DNA of 64,000 bases. It comes from Thermoplasmata archaeon. Lineage in GTDB: Archaea > Thermoplasmatota > Thermoplasmata > Sysuiplasmatales > Sysuiplasmataceae. Location: assembly GCA_021806165.1 (NCBI GenBank), contig JAJZXY010000004.1:65595-129594 (forward strand). The letters are read 5' to 3'. A program made the position numbers and the translations under genes. Position 1 is the stretch's first letter; each line of letters begins with the position of its first letter. The notes beneath the pieces were generated by a model. It ran no database searches. It was not told the DNA's origin and saw nothing but the letters and a program-made list of their open reading frames with translations. Shown here in pieces: positions 37,420 to 47,820 of the stretch.

Positions 37420-38688
37420 TCAGGCGGCGAACATTGCAGCCATGACGCCGGCATCGCCCACCATATTCCTGATGATGGAATATTCGTTCGGCTGATGGGC
37501 CATTCCGTCCTCGGTGCTCCAGACAGCGGCCTGGAATCCACGGGCCCTTACTATGTTCGCGCAGGTGCCACCGCCTATGCCGACAAACCTGGGCTCAATT
37601 CCCCTCACCTTCCTGACGGCTTCCGCGACCTTCACGGAAATCACGCTGTCTCTCGATGTGGGCTTTGCGGCTATGCTCTTCCTGAACGCCTCTACCGTAA
37701 TGGTGGCTCCTGTCTGCCTTGAGAACACCTCGGCTATGCCGCGTATGTCGGCAAGGATTGCTGGAAGGCTGTAGGACGGAAGTATCCTGCAGTCAATGTA
37801 AAACTCGTCTGTACCAGGAATGGTGTTCACATTATCCACATTCGCCTGCTGTTTCGTCGGTTCAAAGGTTGAATAGGGCACGGGCTGGAAGAGGTCATCC
37901 CTCCTGCCGTATCTGGAATAGAGATAATCCCTTACGAACACCAGAAACCTCGAGGAGGCGACCTTGGCGTTTATTCCTGTGTTGGGGGTGCTGGCATGTG
38001 TCTGGGCGCCCTTGGTGCGCACCCTTGCCCACAGGGAGTGCTTTTCCGCAATCTCGATCTCGTCTCCTGTCCTGCTTCCGGCATCGGGAACCAGGAATTC
38101 GTCCCCCTTCGAGAACTTGTTTCTTGAGGCGACATACGTTATTCCCTTCGCGCTCCCGAGTTCCTCATCTGCGACAATAGCAAGCTTTACGGATGCGACC
38201 TCTCCGGACTCGAGTGCGGCCCGGGCTGCGAAAATGGATGCTATCAGCGACTGGCCGTTGTCCTCCGACCCGCGGCCGTATATCTTCCCTCCCTTCACAA
38301 CGGGCTTGAACGGATCTGTCTTCCAGAGGCCGCGATCGCCGGCAGGGACGGTATCCATGTGGGAAATAACCCAGAGTGCCTTGCCGCCGCTGCCTATTGT
38401 GGCAATAACGTTTGGCCTCCTGCCCTTCTTTGCCGCCCTGTCGGGTGCATCGCACCTTTCAATTGAAGTTATGCCGTTTTCCTTCAGCAGCGACTCCAGG
38501 AATTCCGCCCTGTCCCACTCGCCTTCTCCGCCAGACTCGGGACTTATGGCAGGAATTGAAATCATATCCCCAAGTGCTACTGTCATCTCCTTTTCGTATG
38601 ACTCCACGCTTGCCTTCAGCTTGCCGCCGCCGCTCATACAAACAACATCTGCAGGATGTGTGAAGGGACAATAAGCTTTACTCTCCAC
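37420..38688 (-). CDS. M20 family metallopeptidase (ArgE/DapE/LysK-like deacylase)
   Basis: 'ISHMDTVP', 'IVADEELGS' and a dimerisation domain. 422 aa. Confidence 0.65.
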   Translation of the reverse strand: MESKAYCPFTHPADVVCMSGGGKLKASVESYEKEMTVALGDMISIPAISPESGGEGEWDRAEFLESLLKENGITSIERCDAPDRAAKKGRRPNVIATIGSGGKALWVISHMDTVPAGDRGLWKTDPFKPVVKGGKIYGRGSEDNGQSLIASIFAARAALESGEVASVKLAIVADEELGSAKGITYVASRNKFSKGDEFLVPDAGSRTGDEIEIAEKHSLWARVRTKGAQTHASTPNTGINAKVASSRFLVFVRDYLYSRYGRRDDLFQPVPYSTFEPTKQQANVDNVNTIPGTDEFYIDCRILPSYSLPAILADIRGIAEVFSRQTGATITVEAFRKSIAAKPTSRDSVISVKVAEAVRKVRGIEPRFVGIGGGTCANIVRARGFQAAVWSTEDGMAHQPNEYSIIRNMVGDAGVMAAMFAA

Positions 38689-38702
38689 ACGGGGGGGGGC
38701 GG

Positions 38703-39197
38703 TCAGGTGATCCTGGGCGGTTTCTCGACTTCCACCCTCTCCACGGTCACCCCGAGCTCACGCATGAGTTCTATACCCATATGCTCCGGATAGTCCTCGC
38801 AGTAGACCACCCGCCTGATTCCCGCATTAACAATCATCTTCGCGCAGGTGTTGCAGGGCAGGATCGTGGAGTAAATTGTGGCATCAAGAGCACCAGGCCC
38901 CGCCTGTATTATCGCATTCTGCTCGGCATGGACGGCGGTGCATATTTCCATCTTTGTTCCAGAGGGAATCTGCAGTATGTCCCTGATGCAGCCTATCTCC
39001 TCACAATGGCGCATGCTGCGCGGATTCCCGTTGTAACCACTGCTTACAATGTGGTTCATGTCGTTCACTATGACAGCGCCTATCTGTCTTCCATTTCTGA
39101 TGCAGGTGCTTCTTTCAGAAATGACGTACGCCAGCTTCATGTAATAGATATCCCTGGGCGTCCTGTACTTCTTCTGTCCGGGATCTTGATCTGCCAT
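38703..39197 (-). CDS. dCMP (deoxycytidylate) deaminase
   Basis: Zinc motifs 'HAEQNAI' (HAE) and 'PCNTCAKMI' (PCxxC). 164 aa. Confidence 0.8.
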   Translation of the reverse strand: MADQDPGQKKYRTPRDIYYMKLAYVISERSTCIRNGRQIGAVIVNDMNHIVSSGYNGNPRSMRHCEEIGCIRDILQIPSGTKMEICTAVHAEQNAIIQAGPGALDATIYSTILPCNTCAKMIVNAGIRRVVYCEDYPEHMGIELMRELGVTVERVEVEKPPRIT

Positions 39198-39307
39198 TCG
39201 GATACGCTATCCGCGTGAATGTTAAATAACTTGCAGGCAGACCGGCGCTATCACCGCCGGCAGCCGGCAGGTGCAGTGTAATATACTGCAACCTGTTTTT
39301 TAGCCCG

Positions 39308-40159
39308 ATGAGTGGAGACGAGGTGAGTGTCTGGGAGTGGGTCAAGCCCGTTGCCGCAGCCCTTCTGGCTGTAGGCATCATACTCTCTGGCCTCTACCTC
39401 TATACCGGGAACTGGCCTCCAATGGTGGTTGTGGAGTCAGGGAGCATGCAGCATAGTTCCACATACGCATACCTCGGAGACCTGAACATAGGTGATGTAG
39501 TGATGGTGAAGAAGGTGACTTCGCCTTCCCAGGTACAGACATATGTTTCGGCCAGCGTGTCAGGTGTTTCCACTTATGGAGAGTTTGGCAACGTCATAAT
39601 CTACAGGCCATATGGCAGCTACAGCGTGACCCCCATAATACACAGGGCCATAGTATACCTGGAATACAATGCCTCTGGCGGAGGGTATGATGTGCCGTCC
39701 CTGGCCAATCTGCCGCAATCTGACTGGTATGTGATGGCCCCTTCCGGACATACCCACGGCCTGTACAACATCAGGTACGACATATACATACAGGATGTCG
39801 GATATCCGCATACCCCTGTCATCATTCCGGTCAGCACGTTCATCGGCACAGCACACTACAGCGGCTTCATAACAATGGGAGACCACAACCACGCGGCGTA
39901 CGGCATCAACTCCACCGACCAGTCTCTGGGCATCTTTCCACTTCCTGTCAAAATGTCATGGATAGACGGCATTGCGGTTGGAGATCTCCCCTACGTCGGG
40001 CTGATAAAACTCTTCTTCGACGGCGGCATCCCTGCGGGCACGCCCGCGAACAGCATCGACGCGCTGATAGCAATAGTCAGCGCTGTGGTTGCCGCCCCGG
40101 TCGGACTTGAACTGCTGTTCTGGTACATGGGCGAGAGAAAGGAGAGGAATGGTGGTTAG
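39308..40159 (+). CDS. Archaeal-type signal peptidase I (S26B/Sec11-like) with a large insertion
   Basis: N-terminal TM, catalytic Ser box 'VVVESGSMQHS' and His box 'ITMGDHNHAAYG', plus a C-terminal TM. 283 aa is longer than typical. Confidence 0.55.
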   Translation: MSGDEVSVWEWVKPVAAALLAVGIILSGLYLYTGNWPPMVVVESGSMQHSSTYAYLGDLNIGDVVMVKKVTSPSQVQTYVSASVSGVSTYGEFGNVIIYRPYGSYSVTPIIHRAIVYLEYNASGGGYDVPSLANLPQSDWYVMAPSGHTHGLYNIRYDIYIQDVGYPHTPVIIPVSTFIGTAHYSGFITMGDHNHAAYGINSTDQSLGIFPLPVKMSWIDGIAVGDLPYVGLIKLFFDGGIPAGTPANSIDALIAIVSAVVAAPVGLELLFWYMGERKERNGG

Positions 40160-40162
40160 CGC

Positions 40163-41428
40163 TCAGATGAGCGTAGTCTGGAATTTCGCCCTGGCATTCT
40201 TGTATGAGCTGAGGAGTTCGTCATCAACGAGAAGCTCCCTGGTCTCGTTCAGCGGCACCGAAAGCTCAATCTCCTTTGTTCTTCCGCCCCTTCCGAACGA
40301 CCTGACGCGGGCACGAACTATTCCAAGCATATCAAGTTCAGAAATCAGGTCTCCAATGCGCCTCTGCGTAAGGGGTTGGACGCCAATAGAATTGCACAGG
40401 TTCCTGTAGGTGCCGTATATGTCGCCTGTAGTCATGATACGCCTCTTCTCAGCATAGATTATCATGGAAAGCAGCAGCATCTTCGACTGGGACGGCAGTG
40501 TCTTCACTGTCTCTGTCACCGTGTCAAGCTCAATCTTGTTCTTTGCCTGCAGCACGTCCCCGGCAGAGACAATGCTTCTGCCTTCCCTTTCTGCTGACTC
40601 GGCGGCCACCCTGAGCAGTTCCAGTGCCCTTCTGGCATCCCCATGCTCCTGAGCTGCAAGTGCTGCACAAAGCGGAATGACGTCATCAGACAGAGCCCCC
40701 TGGGCAAATACCATGTCCGCCCTTATTTTCAGGATGTCAGAAAGTTCCTTTGCGTCATACGGTGAGAACACAATCCTCTCTTCACCAAGTCTGCTCTTCA
40801 CCCTTGCGTCAAGAAAGTCTGTGAACTTCAGGTCGTTGGCAATTCCAACCAGGGAGACCTTTGAGTTTACCAGATCATCGTTTATCCTCGAGAGATTGTA
40901 GAGCAGATCGTCTCCTGTCTTGTATACTAGCCTGTCAAGCTCATCCAGAACTACAATCAGGAGTCTCTTCTGCTTATCCACCATCTCCTTGAAGAGGGAG
41001 TATACACGCTCTATGCTCCACCCGTTGTATGGAGCACGTTCCTCAGGATTCTCGATGAACTTGTTTGCCATGTGCTGCAGGACACTGTAATTTGTATCCA
41101 CCTCGCAGCAATTGACGTATATGAAATCTATTCCTGACCCGGCAGAGTTGACGCGGGCAGCTTCGTTTGCGATGAACTTGACTGTAGCCGTCTTGCCCGT
41201 TCCCGTCTTTCCGAAGATGAGTACATTCGACGGCCTGTCACCCCTGAGGCCGGTAGAAACAATACCTGCCAGCTGATCTATTTCCCTCTCCCTGTGTGGA
41301 AGAATCTTCGGTATGTAAGATGGGCGGAGCATTTCCCTGTTGCTTTTGAATATGGTCTCCGAGGAAATGTACTTGTCAAAGACGTTCGCTCTTGCAACCG
41401 TCTCGTGGACAACCTTCTGCTCACTCAT
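40163..41428 (-). CDS. cdc6: Orc1/Cdc6 replication initiator
   Basis: AAA+ Walker A 'GKTGTGKTATVKF', Walker B 'IVVLDELD', and a C-terminal winged helix. 421 aa. Confidence 0.9.
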   Translation of the reverse strand: MSEQKVVHETVARANVFDKYISSETIFKSNREMLRPSYIPKILPHREREIDQLAGIVSTGLRGDRPSNVLIFGKTGTGKTATVKFIANEAARVNSAGSGIDFIYVNCCEVDTNYSVLQHMANKFIENPEERAPYNGWSIERVYSLFKEMVDKQKRLLIVVLDELDRLVYKTGDDLLYNLSRINDDLVNSKVSLVGIANDLKFTDFLDARVKSRLGEERIVFSPYDAKELSDILKIRADMVFAQGALSDDVIPLCAALAAQEHGDARRALELLRVAAESAEREGRSIVSAGDVLQAKNKIELDTVTETVKTLPSQSKMLLLSMIIYAEKRRIMTTGDIYGTYRNLCNSIGVQPLTQRRIGDLISELDMLGIVRARVRSFGRGGRTKEIELSVPLNETRELLVDDELLSSYKNARAKFQTTLI

Positions 41429-41439
41429 CCAAACTCAAT

Positions 41440-41768
41440 GCTCCTGTGTAGAATTAGAGGGTAAAGGGAGGGTAGAAGCTGAGTAATACTAAAACGTTTT
41501 TTTTATCCATTAACGTGACTAATATTTTATCCCGCTGTGGTGGCAGCGAAGGGATTTCCTGTGAAACATTTTGAAACCCGCCGTCGGGAGAAATAGGTTA
41601 GAGAGTCCATTGTTTCCACTGGAGAAATAGTCGGGGTGTAATTTCCAGAACGCGGCGACTTCACTTCAAAACCGTGAAAACTGCTGGGAACATGACATGT
41701 TATTTTTTATCTTACTTATCATTTACAGTTCACCGGCAGTTGACTCTTTCCACAGGAAATGAAGGACT
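41440..41768. other. Candidate chromosomal replication origin (oriC): AT-rich non-coding region with ORB/mini-ORB-like inverted repeats adjacent to orc1/cdc6
   Basis: The core 'gtttccactggag' (41612-41624) is the reverse complement of the ORB core CTCCAGTGGAAAC. Related copies are 'tttcctgtgaaac' (41555-41567) and, inverted, 'tttccacaggaaa' (41747-41759), with partial copies 'atttccagaa' and 'ccgtgaaaac'. Two AT-rich tracts (41489-41533 and 41691-41728) share 'ttttttatc'. Confidence 0.5.
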
Positions 41769-42149
41769 CTACATCTTGAACTGTCTCTTCTTCTCCAGCA
41801 CCTGCTCTTCATACTTTCGTGGCAGCACCCATGCCAGATATTCAATATCATCCAGACTCTTTACAAATTTCGCCTTGCTGTCTATCTTCAGGTATTTTCT
41901 GAGGGAGAATATCTTTCTCATGGAGTCGTACAACCACCAGCCGCCCGCCAGCAGAAGTAACGGTCCCAGGACAAGGTACCAGTAAATCCAGTTGCCTGAG
42001 CCGCTTATCGCGGGTTCAAATGCAAGCAACCAGTCCGGCAGCCTGGGCAGGAAGACACCTATAGATCCTATAAATGTCACCACAATGCCGGCGGCAAGCA
42101 TCACAGTTGATAGTTCAAACCTGTACTCTCTGGTGAAGGATTTGGCCAT
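41769..42149 (-). CDS. Hypothetical small membrane protein (2-3 TM)
   Basis: 126 aa with hydrophobic helices and no diagnostic motif. Confidence 0.35.
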   Translation of the reverse strand: MAKSFTREYRFELSTVMLAAGIVVTFIGSIGVFLPRLPDWLLAFEPAISGSGNWIYWYLVLGPLLLLAGGWWLYDSMRKIFSLRKYLKIDSKAKFVKSLDDIEYLAWVLPRKYEEQVLEKKRQFKM

Positions 42150-42310
42150 TCTGACATCTCTTCCTTGTGTTCGGACCGTTTCTGGCGAGGAATATCAGCC
42201 TACTAGCTGCATAGTGTATATAAATGATTCACCGGATGATGAGCGTCAGCCAGCTGCATGCCTGCGTAACACAATATCACTTGCTGCTGCGCCCGAACGG
42301 AGATGAATCC

Positions 42311-43642
42311 ATGGCACTTTTCATCGGAGTTGATGACACGGATTCTGCAACAGGAATGTGCACCACTTACCTGCTTACAGAATTGATCAGGGAACTTGAT
42401 TTCCCCGTGCTGCTTGGTTTCCCGCGCCTGGTGAGACTGAATCCCAACATCCCATGGAAGACTCGTGGCAATGGAGCCCTTTCAATGGCCATAATAGGTG
42501 AGCGGTCAGATGCAGTCCCAATAGGGATGATCGGAGGCAGGCGTGTGATGTCTTCAGAAACCCCTTCCTCCGAGGCACCTTGCCAGGAGGAGGTACTGGA
42601 GGCAGCATCGCGCGTTGTTGAGCGGCTGGCCGCCTTCCATGACGCCAATACCAACCCGGCAGTGGTTGTAAGCAAACTCAGGCCAGACGGGCAGATCTAC
42701 TGGAAGGCGGTACGCGAATTGGTTAGCGATGATATGGCGCTTCATTTCCTTTCAGAGGCAGGGGGCATTTACAGGAAGTGGAAGAGCGGGCGCGGCATTA
42801 TCGGGGCCACCGCATCCATTTCATGGGTTCCGCGTGACAGGAGCTATGAGATTATAAGTTACAGGCAGAGGGAAAGGTGGGGCACCGCCAGAGAGGTCAA
42901 TGCAGCAGACAGTGCAAAGCTAAGCGCGCTCTTCCCTTCCACCTTCAGCAACTACGACCCTGTAAACAGGCACTCCTGCATAGCGCCCGCCTCACCATGC
43001 CCTGTGCTGTTCGGCATACGTGGCAACGATCCGTCCGTGCTGGAAAGCGCAATGGAATCTGTTGGGAGTGAACCGCGCGACAGGTGGCTTATTTTCGAGA
43101 CTAACCAGGGAACAGACGACCATATAACCACTCCCGATGGAGGTCTTGAGCTCTTCAAGTCCTATTTCATTCGAGGCACCGTGGCGGGCATGCCAAGAAC
43201 AACCGAGGGAGGGCATGTATTCCTTGAACTGACTACGAGCCACGGCGCTATCACCTGTGCGGCATTCGAGGAGACGAAGGAATTCAGGAACACAGTCAAA
43301 CAGCTGATACCAGGCGACATCATCGATGTCTGGGGCAGTATGAAACAGGGAAAGATCGGCATAACCTTCAACCTTGAGAAGATGGCAGTCAGGGCACTGG
43401 CCAAGAAGCTTGTCAAGGAGTCCAATCCCTCCTGCCCCGAGTGCGGAAGGCGCATGCATTCAGCCGGCAGCGGAGCCTGGTACAGGTGCAGAGCCTGTGG
43501 AACGCGTTCGACGGAATCGGTATTCAGGGAGGAGGAGCGGACAGTATCGCCCGGGCTCTATTCCGTAGCAGCCTCCTCCAGGAGGCATCTTTCGAGACCT
43601 CCTGAGAGGGAAGCGGTGTATGTGGCCGGCGGCAGCAGATGA
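42311..43642 (+). CDS. tiaS: tRNA(Ile2) 2-agmatinylcytidine synthetase TiaS
   Basis: N-terminus 'MALFIGVDDTDSATGMCTTYL' is the TiaS kinase-domain signature. There is a C-terminal zinc ribbon 'CPECGRRMHSAGSGAWYRCRACG'. The internal Met at 42311 is used. Confidence 0.75.
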   Translation: MALFIGVDDTDSATGMCTTYLLTELIRELDFPVLLGFPRLVRLNPNIPWKTRGNGALSMAIIGERSDAVPIGMIGGRRVMSSETPSSEAPCQEEVLEAASRVVERLAAFHDANTNPAVVVSKLRPDGQIYWKAVRELVSDDMALHFLSEAGGIYRKWKSGRGIIGATASISWVPRDRSYEIISYRQRERWGTAREVNAADSAKLSALFPSTFSNYDPVNRHSCIAPASPCPVLFGIRGNDPSVLESAMESVGSEPRDRWLIFETNQGTDDHITTPDGGLELFKSYFIRGTVAGMPRTTEGGHVFLELTTSHGAITCAAFEETKEFRNTVKQLIPGDIIDVWGSMKQGKIGITFNLEKMAVRALAKKLVKESNPSCPECGRRMHSAGSGAWYRCRACGTRSTESVFREEERTVSPGLYSVAASSRRHLSRPPEREAVYVAGGSR

Positions 43643-43663
43643 ACCGCTGCCCCTCTCCCTTCC

Positions 43664-44902
43664 ATGGAAATGCTATTAAAGGGGGATTGCCAGAGTCATG
43701 TCAGGTGGTCAACGACGCAGGAACCTAACCAAGCAGTCATCGTATCTGCCGCCAGAACTCCCATAGGCAAGTTCGGTGGCGCTTTCAGGGAGACATCCGC
43801 TGTCGAACTTGGCATTGCAGCAGTCAGAGCCGCCATTGAACGTGCGGGGATATCCCCGTCAGATGTTCAGGAGACAATCATTGGCAATGTCCTGTCTGCA
43901 GGTCTGGGGCAATCGCCTGCCAGGCAGTGTGCCATAGGGGCTGGCATACCCTACGCATCAGGTGCCTTTTCAGTCAACAAGGTATGTGGTTCGGGCCTGA
44001 AGGCCGTTATGCTGGCAGCAAACTCCGTCAGGCTGGGGGAGCATGATGTGGTGGTTGCGGGCGGCATCGAAAACATGAGCATGGCACCTTACCTCTCCAT
44101 TAAAACACGTTGGGGAAACAAATACGGCGATGTCCCGCTTGTGGACTCCATGATACACGACGGGCTCTGGGATTCCTATAACAAAATGCACATGATTATC
44201 ACGGGGGAGATCGTGGCAGAACGGTTCGGCATAACCAGGGAGGAAGCCGACAGGTTTGCCTACAGGAGCCACAAGAAAGCCTCTGATGCAACCAGCGAGG
44301 GCCTCTTCAGCGATGAGATAGTTCCAGTGGACGCAGGAGGAGGCAGGGAGAAGGTGGCAGTCTCCAGGGATGAGGGGCCAAGGCCTGACACCACCCTTGC
44401 AAAACTGGCAAGACTGGAGTCCCGGTTCAAGCAGGGGGGTATTTGCACCGCCGGAAACTCGTCACAGCTCAGCGACGGCGCCTCCGCGCTTGTCGTCATG
44501 TCTCTGAGCAGGGCTGAGAAGCTGGGAATAAAGCCAATGGCCCGGATAGTCGACTACAATACAGGAGGCACCAGGCCGGAGTGGGTCATGGAGGCACCGA
44601 TAGAAACAACGAGAGAGCTGCTTCGCCGCAACAGTCTTGATATGGGCGAAATTGACCTGGTGGAGCACAACGAAGCGTACGCAACAGCCTCTTCAGCTGT
44701 AATGCGGGAGCTGGGTGTAGCGGAGGACAGATTCAATGTGAACGGCGGGGCGGTTGCCCTAGGTCATCCACTTGGCGCCAGCGGTGCGCGCATCCTTACA
44801 ACACTCCTTTATGCCATGAAGAAGAGGGGAAAGAAGCGCGGCGTATCGACGCTCTGTCTAGGCGGCGGAAATGCGGTTTCCATGCTGGTGGAGATGTACT
44901 GA
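43664..44902 (+). CDS. Acetyl-CoA C-acetyltransferase (thiolase II)
   Basis: 'VIVSAARTPIGKFGG', the active-site 'NKVCGSGLKA', and the C-terminal 'NVNGGAVALGHPLGASGARI' plus 'CLGGGNAVSM'. Confidence 0.85.
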   Translation: MEMLLKGDCQSHVRWSTTQEPNQAVIVSAARTPIGKFGGAFRETSAVELGIAAVRAAIERAGISPSDVQETIIGNVLSAGLGQSPARQCAIGAGIPYASGAFSVNKVCGSGLKAVMLAANSVRLGEHDVVVAGGIENMSMAPYLSIKTRWGNKYGDVPLVDSMIHDGLWDSYNKMHMIITGEIVAERFGITREEADRFAYRSHKKASDATSEGLFSDEIVPVDAGGGREKVAVSRDEGPRPDTTLAKLARLESRFKQGGICTAGNSSQLSDGASALVVMSLSRAEKLGIKPMARIVDYNTGGTRPEWVMEAPIETTRELLRRNSLDMGEIDLVEHNEAYATASSAVMRELGVAEDRFNVNGGAVALGHPLGASGARILTTLLYAMKKRGKKRGVSTLCLGGGNAVSMLVEMY

Positions 44903-45744
44903 TGAAGAGAATGGGGGTTCTGGGTCTGGGGACAATGGGCAGCGGCATCGCTCAGGCAGCCGCCGAGTCTGGCTTTGAAGTAGTTGGTGTGGAGGTCAGC
45001 GGAGCCCTTCTGGAGAAGGGAAGGAAGAGGGTGGAGGCAGGTATTGAAAGGAGGGTGAATTCAGGCAGGATGGACAGCGACGGTGCGGCAGCCGTCCTCT
45101 CCAGGATAGTTTACTCCACGTCCACCTCTGACTTTTCAGACTGCGGAGTTGTGGTAGAGGCTGTATTCGAGGAGGAAAGTGTGAAGTCCGAAGCGCTGAA
45201 GAGCATCAGTGCGGCGGTCAGCGAGTCGGCTGTTGTAGCCAGCAATACATCATCCATCTCCATAACACGCCTCTCAGGCAGCGTGTCTCATCCAGAGAGA
45301 TTCATCGGCATGCACTTCTTCAACCCCGTCCCTGTGATGAAACTTCTGGAGGTGGTACGCGGATACCTCACCAGCGATGAGACTGCGAGCAAGGCCATGG
45401 AGACGGGCAGGAGGATGGGAAAGGAGGTTGTCAGCGTAGCCGACTACCCCGGATTTGTTTCCAACCGCGTGCTGATGCCTATGATCAACGAGGCGGCATT
45501 TGCCCTGATGGAGGGTGTCGCCTCGCGCGACGACATAGACAGGGTAATGAAGCTTGGAATGAACCATCCAATGGGTCCGCTGGAACTGGCTGATTTCATA
45601 GGAGTGGATGTCTGCCTGGACATACTCAAAGTGCTTTATGAGGGATTCAGGGATCCCAAGTACAGGCCATGCCCGCTCCTTGTGAATATGGTCAACGCCG
45701 GCAGGATCGGCAGGAAGTCAGGCGAAGGATTCTATACGTACTGA
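44902..45744 (+). CDS. 3-hydroxyacyl-CoA (3-hydroxybutyryl-CoA) dehydrogenase
   Basis: NAD motif 'VLGLGTMGSGIAQ', 'HFFNPVPVMKLLEV', 'GFVSNRVLMPMINEA'. Confidence 0.85.
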   Translation: MKRMGVLGLGTMGSGIAQAAAESGFEVVGVEVSGALLEKGRKRVEAGIERRVNSGRMDSDGAAAVLSRIVYSTSTSDFSDCGVVVEAVFEEESVKSEALKSISAAVSESAVVASNTSSISITRLSGSVSHPERFIGMHFFNPVPVMKLLEVVRGYLTSDETASKAMETGRRMGKEVVSVADYPGFVSNRVLMPMINEAAFALMEGVASRDDIDRVMKLGMNHPMGPLELADFIGVDVCLDILKVLYEGFRDPKYRPCPLLVNMVNAGRIGRKSGEGFYTY

Positions 45745-45756
45745 GGGCAGCTTGCA

Positions 45757-46992
45757 ATGAAGACAGAGCAGGCCCGCGTACTCGTCCTGACCTCTGTTTC
45801 ACATTTCGTGAATGACGGCCTGTCTGCAGTCCTCCCTCTCTTTTTTCCGCTGCTTACATTCCTTGTAACTTCGAGCATACTGTACGGTGCCATAGCCGCT
45901 GCATTCTATGCTCTTTCTTCCCTGTCATCGCCACTTGTTTCGGCCAGGGCATACAGAAGCGGCAATACCGGCAGGTGGATGGGATACGGTCTGATCATAC
46001 TGTCTCTTGGTACGATGGGAATGGGCGCCGCACTCATCCCGTCCGGAGTGCTCCCGTCAATTTCATATGAGCTGCTGCTGCTTTCCGCATCGGCAGCTGG
46101 TTTTGGCTCAAGCTTCTTCCACCCCATGGGCGCCAGCATAATACAGGATTCCTTCGACGAGGAGGTGCATGGAATGGCCCTGGGAATCAATGGCACCGCA
46201 GGCAGCCTGGGTAGGGCACTCTTCTCGGTAATCTCGACATCCATATTCTTCTACCTGGCCATCGCATATGGCCGCCACTACTCTGCGGTTCTGGGAATGC
46301 TTGTGATGGGCATTGCGGGCCTGGCAGTGGCCGCCGTGGTCCTGTCCTTTTTCGGGCAGACGGTCGTTGGCCGCTCTCCGGCATCCACTGGCAGGGGGAG
46401 GATTCCCTTTGGTCCAATCCTGAGGAAGATCTGGGTGCTGGTGGCCATAACGGTGGTCAGAAACATCTCCGGCACCGGGATTCTGATATTCCTGCCCACA
46501 TACCTCATTGGGAGAGGGTTCGCCTCATACGGAATTCAGCTTGGGATAATCATGACGCTCGTCCTCTCCGGTCCCGTAGTCGGGCAGCCTCTGTTTGGCA
46601 GGATGTCGGACCGCCTGGGAAGGAGGGCGAGCCTGTTCATAACTACCGCCGGTTCGGGGGTGTTCATGCTGGCATTTCTTTCAACATCTTCACTCTACCC
46701 CTACTCCCTTGCATTCCTTGTCCTCTTCGGAGCATTTGCATACAGCGGCTTCCCAATACTGCTTCCGATAGCCTTCAACCTGCTACAGCCGGAAGAGCGG
46801 GCTGCCGGCAATGGAGTCATCTGGGCGGCCATAGGCCTGGGCTCGGCCGCGGGACCCCTTGCCTCCGGGCTGCTTGCAGAACCAGCCTTCGCAGGAAGCT
46901 ATTCAACCGCATTCGCCATACTGTCCGCGTTAACCCTTGCAGCTTCCTCGGCTGCCTTTGCGGTAAGGGCCGAAGGTGCCAGGAGGCACTAA
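45757..46992 (+). CDS. MFS transporter
   Basis: 411 aa with 12 TM helices and 'GRMSDRLGRR' between TM8 and TM9. Confidence 0.7.
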   Translation: MKTEQARVLVLTSVSHFVNDGLSAVLPLFFPLLTFLVTSSILYGAIAAAFYALSSLSSPLVSARAYRSGNTGRWMGYGLIILSLGTMGMGAALIPSGVLPSISYELLLLSASAAGFGSSFFHPMGASIIQDSFDEEVHGMALGINGTAGSLGRALFSVISTSIFFYLAIAYGRHYSAVLGMLVMGIAGLAVAAVVLSFFGQTVVGRSPASTGRGRIPFGPILRKIWVLVAITVVRNISGTGILIFLPTYLIGRGFASYGIQLGIIMTLVLSGPVVGQPLFGRMSDRLGRRASLFITTAGSGVFMLAFLSTSSLYPYSLAFLVLFGAFAYSGFPILLPIAFNLLQPEERAAGNGVIWAAIGLGSAAGPLASGLLAEPAFAGSYSTAFAILSALTLAASSAAFAVRAEGARRH

Positions 46993-47015
46993 TCGTTATT
47001 GGCCGCCCTTTCACC

Positions 47016-47696
47016 TCACACGCCTATCTGTTCGGCAAGTATTCCTGCCATCTTCTTTTCTATCATTCTCACGTGATAGCTCAGAGTGCTCTTTGACATG
47101 CTCAGCTTCCTGCTGAGTTTCGTCAGCGATGTATGTCTCGGCCAGTCAAAAAATCCTCCGTCAGAGGCCGCCTTGAACAGCTCAATATCCTTCTCCGACA
47201 GGTTGCCTAGCAGCTTCAGCGCATGCAGTTCATAGAACACAGACGGGTATTCAAGAATGAATTCCTCCTGTGTGATGTTCTTGAGCGATACCACCTTGGT
47301 GAACCTGTCGTTGACCTGTTCGGCTGTCGGCCCGTCGGGGCTGTTGCTAATGAAAAACCATTTCTCTATCCCCTTGTGGACAACCACGGGATGTATCCTG
47401 AATCCTGCCGTGCCAAGCTTCAGGAACATGGATGTGGCCTTGGTCTCATAGAAGGCGGTGGCAATCCCGTTCTTCCTGGAAAGGAGCGTGAATTCACCCA
47501 CCCTCCTGTGGGACGAGAAGAATGAAAGTGCGCCATCCAGCTCTTCGGTGTCTGAGGAGTAGAAGATGGAGAACATCTTCTGCCTGTCCCCGCTGAGCTG
47601 GGTGTTCATTATCAGTATGTATGTATTGGAAAATCTCCTGCTGGTTTCCACATGGGGGCAGTCAGACTGCCGCACCGCTATCTCTGTCAGAACCAT
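47016..47696 (-). CDS. Transcriptional regulator with a C-terminal HTH_10 (bacterio-opsin-activator-type) domain
   Basis: C-terminus 'GGFFDWPRHTSLTKLSRKLSMSKSTLSYHVRMIEKKM' matches the HTH_10 family. It is divergent from the por operon. Confidence 0.6.
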   Translation of the reverse strand: MVLTEIAVRQSDCPHVETSRRFSNTYILIMNTQLSGDRQKMFSIFYSSDTEELDGALSFFSSHRRVGEFTLLSRKNGIATAFYETKATSMFLKLGTAGFRIHPVVVHKGIEKWFFISNSPDGPTAEQVNDRFTKVVSLKNITQEEFILEYPSVFYELHALKLLGNLSEKDIELFKAASDGGFFDWPRHTSLTKLSRKLSMSKSTLSYHVRMIEKKMAGILAEQIGV

Positions 47697-47820
47697 GACT
47701 TCCCAACTCAGCGAGAGGTATTAACTTTTTAGGTAAACTTGTACAGGTTCAAACCAATGTAGTTAGTGATGCTCAACCATCCTGGTCACGGGTGTTTGTC
47801 GCAATCAAGGGGAAATACCA

